From: Hypanus sabinus
Taxonomy: Eukaryota
DNA: 64,000 nucleotides
Direction of reading: 5' to 3'
NCBI RefSeq assembly: GCF_030144855.1
Contig: NC_082709.1
Location: forward strand, 24,180,001-24,244,000
In this document: positions 40,791 to 53,992 of the stretch, one piece after another
Position numbering within the stretch: the first letter of the stretch is position 1
Layout: each line of letters starts with the position of its first letter
Translations under genes and position numbers: made by a program
Notes under the pieces: model-generated
What the model was told of the DNA's origin: nothing
What the model saw: the letters and a program-made list of their open reading frames with translations, nothing else
The model's database searches: none

Positions 40791-41823
40791 CATAAGTGAA
40801 TCAGAGTTGGACCTAAATGTGTTGTCCATAAGGGATATTGTTGGGCTGCTGCCTAGGCTTTCTTTAGATGTGGCCATCAACTTAAGATACAGAATACTGG
40901 GAGAAAAAAAATAATAATTTGCTGTACTTGTAATTTCTGGTTTTCCAGCCCTGAAGAAGAAGGTGATTTGGTGAGACTAGGTATACCTGTTAAATGAAGT
41001 GTAGCAGTGGGAAGCATTTGGAGATTCAAATTATTATCATGGTCCGAAATCTTCAAGGACAATGTAATTAAACTAACATTTTTGGAAGGGATTTAAGTGT
41101 GTTTGTCTTGGTTAGTTACTTATTATGACTGAGAGGGAGAACATTCAGTTCATTTGATCATTGCTGGTTCTAGCAGAGCAAGTCCAATTTGTTTCATTCA
41201 CTCTCTCTTTATTTCTCAGTAGCCCTGCAACTTAGTTTTTTACTACCATTCTAAGGGATCATTTACAATAGCCAATAAATCTTCCATCACATCTTTGGGA
41301 TGTTTGAGGAAACCGGACTATGCAGGAGAAACCTTGTAGTCACAAGAAGACATGCAAACTCTACACAGACAGCAGCTGACATCAGGATCTGAATTGGTCC
41401 CTGAAGCTGTGAAGCAGTCATGATAACTGCTGTGCCACTGTAAAACATCTTGGAAGGGACAAAAGTTGGGTATCTTTAGAATAGTTCTGGCAGTTACACC
41501 CCTGCCTCAAAAACCTCTTTGGTCCAGTGCATGAAGTGGCAGTGGTGGATGTTCTCTTGATCGTGAAAATATTACATTTTAAGTGCCTGATTTCCTCTGA
41601 GCCCACAAATAGCCAACATTTTAATATTATCTGCCACTTCTCTCACCATGACTAACTTTGACCTGTGTCATGAGAAATATCAACAGTATGCGTGCATATT
41701 TGATACCAGCTGCAACTTTTGAAACCAAGTGCAATGTTTTATGAAAGCGTATGGTGAAAGTTACTCATTTGTTCACTAACTTTTCATTATAACAATGGCA
41801 TTTAAAGATTTATTTGATGGCAG

Positions 41824-41980
41824 GATAAAAGAACAGGAACAACTAAGAAAACAAGAGAAGCAACAAGATATAATGGAAGGAAGAGAAATCAAGAAATTGG
41901 CGCAGTTGTACAAATGGGAACTTAGTAAAATTGAAGAACTAAAAAAGCAAGAAAAATATAACAATAAGATCAACCAAATG
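41824..41980 (+). CDS. CFAP210: CFAP210 exon 5
   Basis: Encodes IKEQEQLRKQEKQQDIMEGREIKKLAQLY...NQM; acceptor CAG, donor GTAGGC. Confidence 0.85.
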
Positions 41981-42794
41981 GTAGGCTTCAAGAACATCTT
42001 CATCTTAATGAGTTGAGTAACATGTGGTTCCAGAAATTCTAGTGGTTTGTTGTCATAGAGGACCTTGAATTTGATTTCTGATATGATATCTTTTTGCTTT
42101 CCTGTAACGCCCCTAAAGCTTTGCTTGGAAAAGTTGATTATTTAATGGATTAACAGTACAAATATCTAAGCTATCCCTTACTCTTAAATTTTACTTCATT
42201 TGGAATTTGGATTAGTTTATTATTATTATATATACTGAAGTACAGTGAAAAGCTTGTCTTATCCACTGTTCAGACAGATCAAATCATTATACAGTGTGCT
42301 GAGGTAAAATAAAGGTGAAGTAATAAAAGACTGCAGAATAAAGTGCAAAGGCTACAGGGACAATGCAATGCAAATAATAAGGTGCAAGATCATAACAAGG
42401 TAGATTATGAAGACAACAGACCATCTTATCATACCAGAGAATCATTTAATCATCTTATAACAACAGGATAGAAGCTGTCCTTGAGCCTGTTGGTATGTGT
42501 TTGCAGACTTTTCTATTTTTGCCCGACGGGAGAGGAGAGAAGGGAGAATGTCCAGGGCAGGTGGGGTCTTGGATTATGCAGGCTTTTGGCTATATAAAAT
42601 CAAAAATCCATCCTTACTTCACAAGTGCTTGCCTATCACACTAGGTCAAATAAAAAGTAGAATACCACAGTTTCACTCAGGTGAGAATCCAAATTACAAT
42701 GAAAAGGTGGAATAGTTTAGTCAATCTAACTGGAATACTTTGATCTCTCTACAATGAGTTTCATTGTCAAAAAGTGAGCACTAGATTCAGAATA

Positions 42795-44090
42795 TGCCTG
42801 TGTGGGTTGGTGGTGTTGTGGACAGTTTAGAAGTTTGTTGTCGGTTACAATGGGATATTGACAGTAGGGGTGCAGTGCTAGCCGGAGCGCACCCAACACA
42901 TCTTTAAGAAAAAAGCCGAAATAAGCAAGCTAATTAATCAGGTGCAGCCCAGCACGTAAATGTCGGCCCAGATCAGAGGTGATTGCCGATTTCACTTGCT
43001 CCACGCGATGTTCACTCCTCTTTCCAGGGTGCTGGAGCCTTTAGCTGTTAAACGCCGGCCCAGATAGGCTGAAAAGACAGGGCTGTCAGGATCGAGGTGA
43101 TATGTTGAATCTACAGAAACTTCTAATTAAGTATAGGTGCTGCCGTGCTTTCTTTGTAATGGCAGTTACGTGCTGGTCCCAGGACAAATCCTCTAACATT
43201 TTTCAGAGAGAGAAATGTCGATCCTTAATGCCAAAGAATTTAAGTTATTGACCCTCTCCACCTCAGTTCCTCTGATGAAGACTGGCTTCGGGGCAGCACT
43301 TCATTAATTAGCTTGTTTATTTTGGCTTTTTTCTTAAAGATGTGCCGGGTGCGCTCTGGCTAGCACTGCACTCCTGATTGACAGGATGCAGAGCTGGGCT
43401 GAGAGATGGGAAAAGAAGTTAAATCTGGAAATGTATGAAGTGATACACTTTGGAAAGTTGAACTTGAAGGCAGAGTACAAGATTAATTGCAGGATTCTTA
43501 GCATTGTGGAGGAACTGAAGATCTTGGGGTCCAAGTCAATAGATAACTCAAAATTGCCATGCATGTTGATAGGATGGTTAAGAAGGCATATGGTGTGTTT
43601 GACCTTCGTTAAGTCAGTGGATTGAGCTCAAGAACCATGAGGTAATGTTGCAGCTTTATAAAGCTCTGGTTAGACCACACTTGCAGTATTGAGTTCGGTT
43701 CTGGTAGTCTCATTATAAGAAGGATATATGGAAATTTTAGGTGCAGAGGAGATTTACCAAGATGTTGCCTGGAACGTGTCTTATTGGGAAAAGTTGAACA
43801 AGCTAGGGCTTTTCTCTTTAGAGTGAAGAAGGAAGAGAGGCAAGTTGATAGAGGTGTATAGGATGAAAAGAGGCATAGATTGAACGGACATACTTTTAAG
43901 GCGATTGGAGGAAAGTACAGTGGGATGTCCGAGATAGGTTTTTTTTACGTAGAGAGTGTTAAGTGCGTAGATGGTGGTGGTAGAGGTAAATGCATGAGGG
44001 ACAATTTAGATACTCTTAGATAGGCACATCGACAAAAGATAAATGGAGGGCTATGTGCAAGGGAAGGGTTAGATTGATCTTGGACTATTC
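42795..44090 (+). mobile_element. CR1 3' fragment interrupted by a hAT MITE
   Basis: MQSWAERWEKKLNLEMYEVIHFGKLNLKAEY; host sequence rejoins at the TSD. Confidence 0.8.
42865..43376. mobile_element. hAT-type MITE, 512 bp, ~86-bp TIRs
   Basis: Perfect 8-bp TSD ATTGACAG (42857-42864, 43377-43384); TIRs 42865-42950 and 43291-43376. Confidence 0.9.
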
Positions 44091-46275
44091 AGATAGGCGA
44101 TTCTATGGACGTGAAAAGGAAGCATGGATGATAGTTAGCCTCCCAGGTGCCAGGGTCCACGGTGTTTCTGAATGCATCCACAATATCCTGGAAAGGGAAG
44201 GTGAGCAGCTAGAAGTTGTGGTCCTTTTTGTACCAATGACATGGGTAGAAAAATGGAGGATGTCCTGAAAAAAGAATACAGGCAATTAGGAAGGAAACTG
44301 ACAAGCAGGATCTCAAGGGTAGCAATCTCAGTATTGCTGCCTATGCCAGGTGATAGTGAGGATAGGATAGAATGAGTGGCAGATAAATGTGCGGCTGAAG
44401 AATTGGAGCAGGGGCAGATTTTTGGGTATGCTGCCCGACCTGCTGAGTTCATCCAGCTTTTTTGTATGTTTTGGGTAATTGGGACCTCTTCTGTGGCAAG
44501 TGGGACATGTACAAAAGGAACAGGTTGAATCCAAGGGGGACCAATATTCTTGCAGGCAGGTTTTCTAGAGCTGTTGGGAGTGGTTTAATATGGCAGGGGT
44601 ATGAGAACCAGTAGGATAGAGCTGAGGATGAGCCAGCAGGTTTACAAGTAGATGATGGGTGTAACATGAATGTAAGGAAGGACAAGCCAATGATTAGGTA
44701 CAAGTGCAGACAGAGCAAAGAGTTAAATTGTACCACAAAGGCAAAGTAAAGGATGAAGAATGCAGGACCAAGGGTGTTGTATTTAAATGCATGTAGCATT
44801 TGGAAAAAGGTGGATGAACTTAGAGATTGGTCAGTATGACACTGCAGGCATCACTGAGTTGTGGCTGAAAGAAGGTCATAGATGGGATCTTAATATCAAA
44901 TGATATACTTTATATCGAAAGGACAGGCAGGAAGACGTAGGCAGTGGTGAGGCTCTGTGGGTAAGCGATGGAATTACATCTTTAGAAAGAGGTGACATAG
45001 GGTCTTGTGGGTGGAGTTAAGAAATTGCAAGGGTAAAATAAATATTATCGGAATCATGTATATGTCTCCAAAAAGAAACCAAGATGTGGGGTTGAGATTG
45101 CGAAGGGAGCTGGAAAAGGCACGTAATAAGGGTAATGTCACAATTGTAATGGGGGATTGAGCAAGAGGATTGAGAAAAACAGGTTGGTGTCAGAATGTAA
45201 GAGAGGGAATTTATTGAATGCTTATGAGATGGCTTTTCGGAGCAGCTTGTGCTTGAGCCTGCATGGGGAGAGGCTGTCTTAGGTTGGGGGTTGTGTAATA
45301 ACCCAGATCTTATTAGAGAGCTTAATGAAAAGAAACACATAGGAGTCGGTGATCATAATATGATTGAATTCATACTGCAGTTTGAGAGGGAGAAGCATAA
45401 ATCACGTGTATCAGTATCGCAATGGAATAAAGGGAATTACAGACAAATGAGAGAGAAGCTTGCCCAGGTGGTTTGGAGGAGGATACTAGCAGGGATGACA
45501 GCAGAACAGAGATGGTTGAAGTTTCTGGGAATAGTTCACAAGGAGCAGGATATGTCCCACAGAAGATATTGTTCTCAAATGGCAGGGGTAGGCGACGAGG
45601 GAAGTTAAGGATTGCATAGAAGCCAAGGAAAGGGCATATAATATAGCAAAAGTGAGTGGGAAGTTGGATGATTGGGAAGTTTTTAACATCCAACAAAAGG
45701 CAACTAAAAAAAACTATAATAGGGAAAAGATAAAATATAAAGGCAAACTAGCTAATAATATAAAGCAGGATACCGAAAGCTTTCTCAGTTTTATAAAGAA
45801 TAAAAGGGGGGGTGAGAGTTGATATTGGACCACTGGAAAATGATGCTGATGAGGTAGTAATGGGGACAAAGAAATTGTGGGTGAACTTAACGACTACTTT
45901 GCATCTGTCTTCACTTTGGAAGACACTAGCAGTGTGCCACAGGTCTGTGGCTGTCAGGAAACAGGAGTAAGTGCCATTGCTATTAAAAAGAGAAAAGTGC
46001 TAGGCAAACTCAAAGGACTTAAGGTGGAAAAGTCACCTGGACCAGATGGACTACTTCCCAGAGTCTGAGAGAGATTGCTGAAGAAATAACGGATGCATTG
46101 GTGATAATCTTTCAAGAATCACTTGATTCTGGCATGGCCCCGGAGGAATGGAAGATTGCAAGTGTCACTCCACTCTTTAAGAAGAGAGGAAAGCAAAAGA
46201 AAGGAAATTATAGCTCAGTCAGCCTAACCCCAGTGGTAGGGAAAGCATTGGACTTTATTGTTAAGGATGAGGTTG
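44090..46275 (+). mobile_element. CR1 LINE fragment with SGNH-esterase-like ORF1 remnant, EN and RT start
   Basis: SLPGARVHGVSECIHNILEREGEQLEVVV; DHNMIEF; EEWKIASVTPLFKK. Confidence 0.82.
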
Positions 46276-47173
46276 GAGGTTGGATATACTTGGAGATAGA
46301 ATGGCCTAATTCTGCTCCTATGTCTTATGATCTAATAATGAGATGCTATATTTTAATTCAACAGGAGAAAGAAACAAGGAGATCAAGGGAAACACAGCTC
46401 TTTTATAATAAATTATAATTCAGGGAATACAAAGAGGTTCCACTTTCAATATTTGCCATTTTATCTACTCCATTCTGTACAGTAGTCTTCATCTTTTGAC
46501 ATGCTGCCAAATTTTCTTTGACTGTCAGCTCACTATGTTCATCCAAAATAAATATGCTATACTCTGGAATGAACAGCAAAATATCCTGAGTTGCCCTAAC
46601 TGCAGCAGAAGAATGGTATCGGGCTTAAAAGATACTGAGCTTCACAATGAAAGACATTTAACATCTTTGAATTGCTCACTTCAGTTAAATAAATTACATG
46701 CTTAATTACATAAACAAATTAAATAAATTTTCTTTGGTGGCTTGGCTGCTTACTGATTATAACTTGCACCAAGTTCAGTTTACCCATAACTTCTGTGGTT
46801 CTGGTTAAGTAACATTCATTTTACATTTCTCACCTTTAGCCACAGCACTTTGTAATTCCATTATCTCTAGCTAACTTACAGTCCTCCAAGACCTTTGAAC
46901 TGCCTGATTTCTGGCCTTTTGGTCATTCCCAAATTTAAGTGCTCTTCTATCAGAGGCTATGCCTTCAGTTATCAAGGCTATGAATTCTCTCTCTGTACAG
47001 ACCGGTTTGTCCTTCTATCACTTGCCCCTCTGAAGACGCTGTTTAAAATCTACCACTTTGCCATGGTTAGGGTCATCTGATCTGATATCGTATGACAATG
47101 CTTTTCTGAAACAACTTGGGATGTTTACATTAAAATCATAAGATAAATTAATTCTCAATTTTTTGATTTTCAG

Positions 47174-47313
47174 GCACATGTTGAGAACAATAATATAATT
47201 AAAGCACTAGAAAAGCAAAAAGAAGAATTACAAGATGAAGATATCAGGTTATATGTTTCAGCAAAACAAAAAATGATGAAGCTTAGGAAAGAAAGACAAG
47301 CAGAAATTGACAA
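47174..47313 (+). CDS. CFAP210: CFAP210 exon 6
   Basis: Encodes AHVENNNIIKALEKQKEELQDEDIRLYVSAKQKMMKLRKERQAEID; acceptor TTTCAG, donor GTAAGA. Confidence 0.9.
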
Positions 47314-48044
47314 GTAAGAAACAACCCAGCATATTTTTGCCAAATAAACATTTATCTGGAATATCTCAGAAAATAGCTGCCAGTTGAAGTAGTGAATGCA
47401 GGCTCACTTTTAACATTTAAGAAAAACTTGGACGGGTACACAGATGAGAGGTGTATGGAGGGATATGGACCATGCGCAGGTCAGTGGGACTAGGCAGAAA
47501 AATGGTTCGGCACAGCCAAGAAGGGCCAAAAGGCCTGTTTCTGTGCTGTAATGTTCTATGGTTCTATAATTTTTATATCTTTTACTGGGAGCTGTGAAAA
47601 ATGTCAAAAGTGTGCTGTTTTTTCTTTAAGGAAACTGCACCACCACTCGTAGGGAAACACTGCATCATAAAACCAGATGATGATGGATCTTGGGTTTCAT
47701 CTGTATATTGAAAATGCATAATGCAGAACAATAGTTGATTCCTATTGTAGAAAGCTGATTATCCAGAGACCTGCCTGGATTCAACTTGTGGCTGACATTT
47801 CCCTATGTAGTAAAATAGGCCACCTATCCCTTGAGTTTAAGATATTTACTTTAACTCCTCTCATATGCTTTCTCTCTATGTTCATGATTTCAAAATGAAT
47901 TCCCTGCTGTATTTGAAATGTCTTTTTTGTTTTATTAAGGGTAGTTTATTTGTAATAATTGATTTTTTTATGGTTTTTTATTTAATAAGAAACTGTAGAA
48001 CAGTTGAAATGTTATGTCCTTTTTCAATTTTCTGGCAATTTTAG

Positions 48045-48237
48045 GGAGAAGGAAGATCAAAGAAACAGGATGTTGAAAATAATAAGTGAACAAATGAGAG
48101 AGGAAGCACGAGATGAAACAGACCGCATTAAGAAAGCAGCAGCAGAAAAGGAGGCTGCAAGAGAGATGGAAATAAAGAAAAAAAAAGAAAAATTAGTGGC
48201 AGATATGAAGGCAATTGAAGAACACAGAACTATGATG
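48045..48237 (+). CDS. CFAP210: CFAP210 exon 7
   Basis: Encodes EKEDQRNRMLK...ADMKAIEEHRTMM; acceptor TTTTAG, donor GTAAAA. Confidence 0.88.
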
Positions 48238-49526
48238 GTAAAATACTTGCAGGTTTTGCTGTTTCTTGTGCATCTTATTTTCCCTCTTTATAATGTGGCA
48301 GGTAATTTCAACTTGGACATCCAAAATAGGCAGTTGCATGTTTATCTATTGTATGCCAAACCTGATCCAAGTAGAAATAAAATTAGGGGTAGCACATACT
48401 ACTGCCCATAAACATGCTACTGCCCATTTTGGACATCCAAGTTGAAATTATCTGCATGGTTAAAGCCATGTTATATATAGGGAAAATAAAATTTTATTAC
48501 ATTGGCCCATCATCAAGAACATCTTCAATAGACAGTACCTCAAGAAGATGCATCCATCATTAAGGATCCTTACCATCTAGAACATGCTCTCTTCTCATTA
48601 CAACCATCAGGGTGGAAGTACAGGAACCTTAAGATTTCTGAATGATCCATGAACCCCTTTTTCTCTCTTTTTGCAATATTAACTTCATTTGATATATTTC
48701 TTGTTCTAAGTCATTTTTATGTATTGCACTGTACTGCTGCCACAAAGCAACAGATTTCATGACATTTGTCAGTGATAATAAACCGATTTTGATCCTAATA
48801 CTATGGGAATGCAATTTAACTTCAGTAGGACTTAATAACAGATAGACAGTGAACTAATCCATTATAAGTCCTACCAAAGTTAAATTGCGTAACCTCCTGT
48901 AATCTCTTTTGTTCCTGTACATTGGAGCCTCCTTACCAGGTAGTGATATAACCAGTAAGAATGCTCTCCATGACTAGACTTTGGTAACATACCAAACTCT
49001 CAAAACTTATGATTGATTGAGACACCTTTATTAGAGACAATGAGATGAAAGTATGGATATAGGCATTAAAGAATATAAGGAATCATTGAATAGAGGAAAG
49101 GTACAGTAAACATTGAGGCCATTCATTTGATACACAGAATAGAGAAAATAAATTCTATATCTCTATACCTATGACTTGACTATCACTCTTCTCACAGTCA
49201 CTTGTAAGAATGTTATCTTTTCTCATTTCTGTTGTTTCCACTGCATCTGTTCTCAAGATGAACCTTTCAATTCTACAACATCTGAGGTGTCCTCCTTTTT
49301 CAAAGAACAGGGTTTCCCTTCCACAATGATCAATGCTACCCTCACCATCCTCTTGCCGCTATAATAGGGATAGGCTTCCCCTTATCCTCACCAACCACCC
49401 CGAGCACATCATTTGTATCAGCACATCATTCTCCATAACTTCCGCTATCTACAACGGGATCCTATCACTAATCTATCTCCCCAACTCCTACCACCACTCT
49501 CTGCTTTCCATAGGGATTGCTCTCTT

Positions 49527-50045
49527 GACCATAAGACCCATAAGATATAGGAGCAGAATTAAGCCATTTGGCTTATTGAATCTGCTCCACCATTTCATCA
49601 TGGCTGATCCAATTTTCCTCTCAGCCCCAATCTCCTACCTTCCCCGTGTCCCTTCATGCCCTAATCAAGAATCTATCAACCTCTGCATTAAAAATACATA
49701 AAAACCTGGCCTCCAGAGCTGTCTATGGCAAAGACTTCTACAGATTCACCATCCTTTGCCTGAAGAAATTCCTCCTCATCTCTATTCTAAAAAGATGCCT
49801 CTTTATTGTGAGGCTGTATCCTCTGGTCTTAGACTCTCCCACCATAGGAAACCACCTCTCTACATCAATTCTGTCAAGGCTTTTCACCATACGATAGGTT
49901 TCAATTAGGTCACCCCTCATTCCTTGGAATTCTAGTGAATACAGGCCCAGAGCCATCAGACATTCTTCATATGACAAGCCATTCAATTCTGGAATCATTT
50001 TCTTGAATCACCTTTCAACCTTCTCCCATTTCAGCACATCCTTTC
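49527..50045 (-). mobile_element. CR1 3' end with short tandem tail, next to a Penelope fragment (~49210-49525, +)
   Basis: LGLYSLEFQGMRGDLIETY...RRNFFRQR; ATAAGACC tail units. Confidence 0.8.
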
Positions 50046-50376
50046 ATGCACAAGGAGACATCAAGGCTTGGAGCATAGTGTTTAATTTTGAGGTAATGTA
50101 GCTTAATGACTAATTCTGAAGTGATGATAATGTTGGAGCAGAGCTGTAGTCAATGAAGAACATCCTGATGTATGCATCATTATTGTCCAGTTGTTCCAGA
50201 GCTGAGAGAAGAGCTAATGAAATAGCATCTGTTGGCAAATTGAAGTGTTTCCAAGTCACTGCTCAGGCAGTGGAGAGCACGGAGGTGATATTTCACTTTA
50301 GCTAATACAATGCTTAATGATTCTTTAATGAGTACACTTTGAGGCAATGTAACTTAACCAGATAATGTCTGTTTAG

Positions 50377-50541
50377 CTGAAAGAACATGAGGAGAAGGAA
50401 AAAGAAGAAAAATTACAAGCAATTGAAACCCTTCATGCCAAATTGGAAGCAGATTATATGCATAATGAAAAGGAAAAAAAGAAAAAGCTTAAGAATCTGG
50501 AAGAAGGCAGAAACATACAATCTTTCCTTGTTGAACAAATG
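50377..50541 (+). CDS. CFAP210: CFAP210 exon 8
   Basis: Encodes LKEHEEKEKEEKLQAIETLHAKLEADY...FLVEQM; acceptor TTTAG, donor GTGAGT. Confidence 0.9.
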
Positions 50542-52299
50542 GTGAGTTTTATGAAATTATATATTTTATTCATGTAGGGTAGGTCCTGGTTCTACTTTCC
50601 TTTCCTCCAATCTTTATCATGTGATTCTGGATGGTGAAAACAGATCCCAAACTGATTTTTCTTTTTCCCAATTTTATGCTGACTACTGGATGTATCAGTT
50701 CATTTTTACATGTTGATTTTGCACAAATGTGTTCTAGATATAGTTTTTAAAATCCATTTTCTGTAGAACTGTCATACATTGGGAAGTTGTACGTATACTT
50801 CCTGTCATAATTCACCTGAATGAGATGTCATTTCTCATTATATTTTGTACACATAACAATATAATGAACATGCACAGTGGGTATTATTAACATACTGAGA
50901 GTAATTAGATAAGGAAATCAGGACCTTTGTCAGTAACTAAGTATCTAAAGAACTGCAGATGCTGAAAATCTCAAAAAAAGACTTAGAACATTCTGGAAAT
51001 GTAGTTTAGATGGAATTTGTGAAACAAGAATGATAGTGACAGGTTCATGTCAAAACCCTTTCATCAGAATTGTGAATTAACAATAAAGACTATTCACTCA
51101 CAATGACATATCAGTATGAAAGTATCACACAATTTCATGTAACCCTCCTTGGATGTAATTTTATAAATTTTATCCTGACTTCTCAAAATCATTTCAATTT
51201 TACTCAATGGCACTGGGCAGAGATCAAAGCATCTGTGTTCTGTTGAAGTCTGATCCATGGCCCTTAGTGCTGCTCCTCAAATCGACTGGGGAGCACCTGT
51301 TTTGGTGTGCAATCAATCCCTTTGTAAGTCTTGGGGGAAGGGGAAGGTCTCTGGAGATCCATGCATTTTTATCTGCCTCATAGAGAGGGAGATAACTTTA
51401 ACATGTCCCAATCTCTAATTGTAAACTTAATTGACTACTGTTTATGAACATCCGGTTTGGGCTTTAATAATTCTTAATGATACGAAACACAATCATAATC
51501 TCTTAAAGTGAGGATGACCCATTTTTGCGATTTGTATTACAACAATGTTTGATTTTACATTAGGACAAATGAAAACACCCATTTAGTGAACCTAAAATAA
51601 GTATCATTCAATGTGCAGGCAATAGTCTTTTCACTTGTGTAAAGACCAACAAGACTAGCAATAAAACATCAAGCACTCAAGACATATTTTCTAGTCGAGA
51701 AGCATGTGATGCAAAATCCCATTTCTCTTTATGTTGTAAATATCAGCATGCTTCTTGCCAACATAGTTAAGAAGAGTTCTATTTATATTTATAATAGTTA
51801 CAAACAATTGTCAACAATCTTAATTCACTGTCAGTTGCGGCAACATTTATTAATCTACAGTTAAACATCATCAGTCCTTCACCAGTATGCCTGATACATA
51901 GCATGACTGAACAATGGCCTACTTAATTCCAAATCTATAGGTTGGGAGGGCTACCTTAATTCCTGTGAATATGAAGTGACAGCAGAGAAAAGTAAAAAAC
52001 ACATAAACAAGAAACACATAAAAAGAAACAAAAGAAAAGCATAAATAGGGCTTTTGTTTTTAAAGAAATGGGTAACTTGATTTACCTAATTGTTTTGTCA
52101 ATTAGTAATTGCCTGTAATTATAGTATCCCTTGGTATTAATGATAAACATCATATTTCTTACTTTTGAAAATAAATGATAACTAATCTAAGTGTTATACA
52201 AAATTTAAAATCATTGTTAAGTATTAACTTAGATACAATATACACAAAATGCTGGAGGGACTCAGCAAGCCAAGTAGCATCTATGGAAATGTGACCACT

Positions 52300-53140
52300 T
52301 TTGTAATATTCTGCTCCATCTGCCAAAAGCAAAATTACCCAGCAGCTAACCATTTTTATTCCTATTCCCATTCTGAAATGTCATTGCATGTCCTCCTCTT
52401 CCGCCACAATGAGACCACTCTCAGGGTGGAGGAACACCACCTCATATTCTGCCTAGATAGCCATGAACATTGATTTACTTTCCGGTAACTTTTTCTTTTC
52501 ACCTCCCCCTTCCTTTTTCTTCTGTTCCCATTCTGGCCTCTCCTCCTCATCTGCCTACCACCAATGTTCTCTCTAAGGTGTGCACACGCACACATCTTTT
52601 GCTACTAGTGGACAAAGGAATTTAAACTATGCACAAAAGGTTGTCACACTCTACCTCACATTTCCTTTTCCAGTTTCTGATGGAAGTTGGCGATGATTTG
52701 TCTGCAGATTTTAGAACTGGCTTATAGTTTTTATTTAAGAAATTATTCAGTGTGCACATGTTGTTGTCACTGGGCAAAAATTGCACAGCACTTGATTTTT
52801 GTGCACATTGGTCATTACAAGTTAGAGGGGACATTGCCTACCATCTCCCCGTTGCCCCTTTCTCCCATGGTCTATTCTCATCAGATTCTTTCTTTTCCAG
52901 CCTTTATCTTTCCCATTCACCTAACTTCACCTCTCCCTTTCCAGCTTGTTCTCCTTCCCCTACCCCCATCTTTTTATTCTATCATCTCCCCCTTTCCTTT
53001 CCAGTCCTGATGAAGGGACATGGCCAGAAATGTTGACTGCTTATTCATTTCTACAGATGCTACCAGACCTGTTGCAATCCACCGGCATTTTGTGTCTGTT
53101 GCTCTGGATTTCTAGCATCTGCACAATCTCTTGTGTTTGT
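52300..53140 (+). mobile_element. Fragmented Penelope-like element 3' region
   Basis: NHFYSYSHSEMSLHVLLFRHNETTLRVEEHHLIFCL; hammerhead-like motif at 53002-53039. Confidence 0.75.
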
Positions 53141-53629
53141 CAACTTATGATGCAGGTTACTTACAGTAAATAGCAAGATATAAAGTTAACATAATTGTAA
53201 ACAAAATAAAGGATTAACAACTAATCAAACATGCAATTAACTTTAAGATTATAAAAATGTTGAACACTTTAATGTATTGAAACTTAATATTTTTGCCATT
53301 ATTGGCTCAAATGAGTTAATTGTGAATTAACATTTAAAGAAATTGGCCCATTTATTCTGCATTCACAATGTGCTTGCAATGAATTCTGCCTATCAAAGAG
53401 ATAGACTTAGATAAGGAATTCTACAAGGATTAAAATAATTCAGGGAAAAATATCCTTTCCAGTGTTGTTAAAATAAACAAGCAGTTGTGAGAATGTTTTA
53501 TGGATGATCAGGTTAACATTGTTGTTTGAAGATTGTCTTCAGTTTTCCCTTGCCTCTGTTAAAGAATAAATGCCCTAATTATGATCCATGTATTGTCTCA
53601 AAGGTTTGTTTTTCTTTGTCCATTTCCAG

Positions 53630-53992
53630 GCTGAAAAGAAAGCAAAGACACTAGGTGAGCGTGCAGATGAACTGGAACACGAACAAAAAACCATGGCTCT
53701 GCTTGAAGTGGAAAAGAAGAAATTTGAAAAGTATGCACAGGAAGTTATTAATACAGCTTCAAAAAAAGGGCAAAATGTTTATCCACTTCTTAAGACTGCC
53801 CACCAGGGCATTGGTGGTGGGCATGGTCCTGTGTTCAAAGAAAAAGGTGGAATTAGACCAAGTTACCAAGTCCAGGATGCCTCAGGGATTCAGCTTCCAA
53901 ATTATAAAAGCAACACAACAGAAATGATTAAAAAGTTATATGACAACTGCGATATTGAGAAATCCAAAAAATCATTAGGGTTTATATGGTGA
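53630..53992 (+). CDS. CFAP210: CFAP210 exon 9 (last coding exon)
   Basis: Encodes FEKYAQEVI...YPLLK...GGGHGPVFKEKGGIRPSYQVQDASGIQLP...LGFIW*. Confidence 0.93.
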   Translation, partial: AEKKAKTLGERADELEHEQKTMALLEVEKKKFEKYAQEVINTASKKGQNVYPLLKTAHQGIGGGHGPVFKEKGGIRPSYQVQDASGIQLPNYKSNTTEMIKKLYDNCDIEKSKKSLGFIW

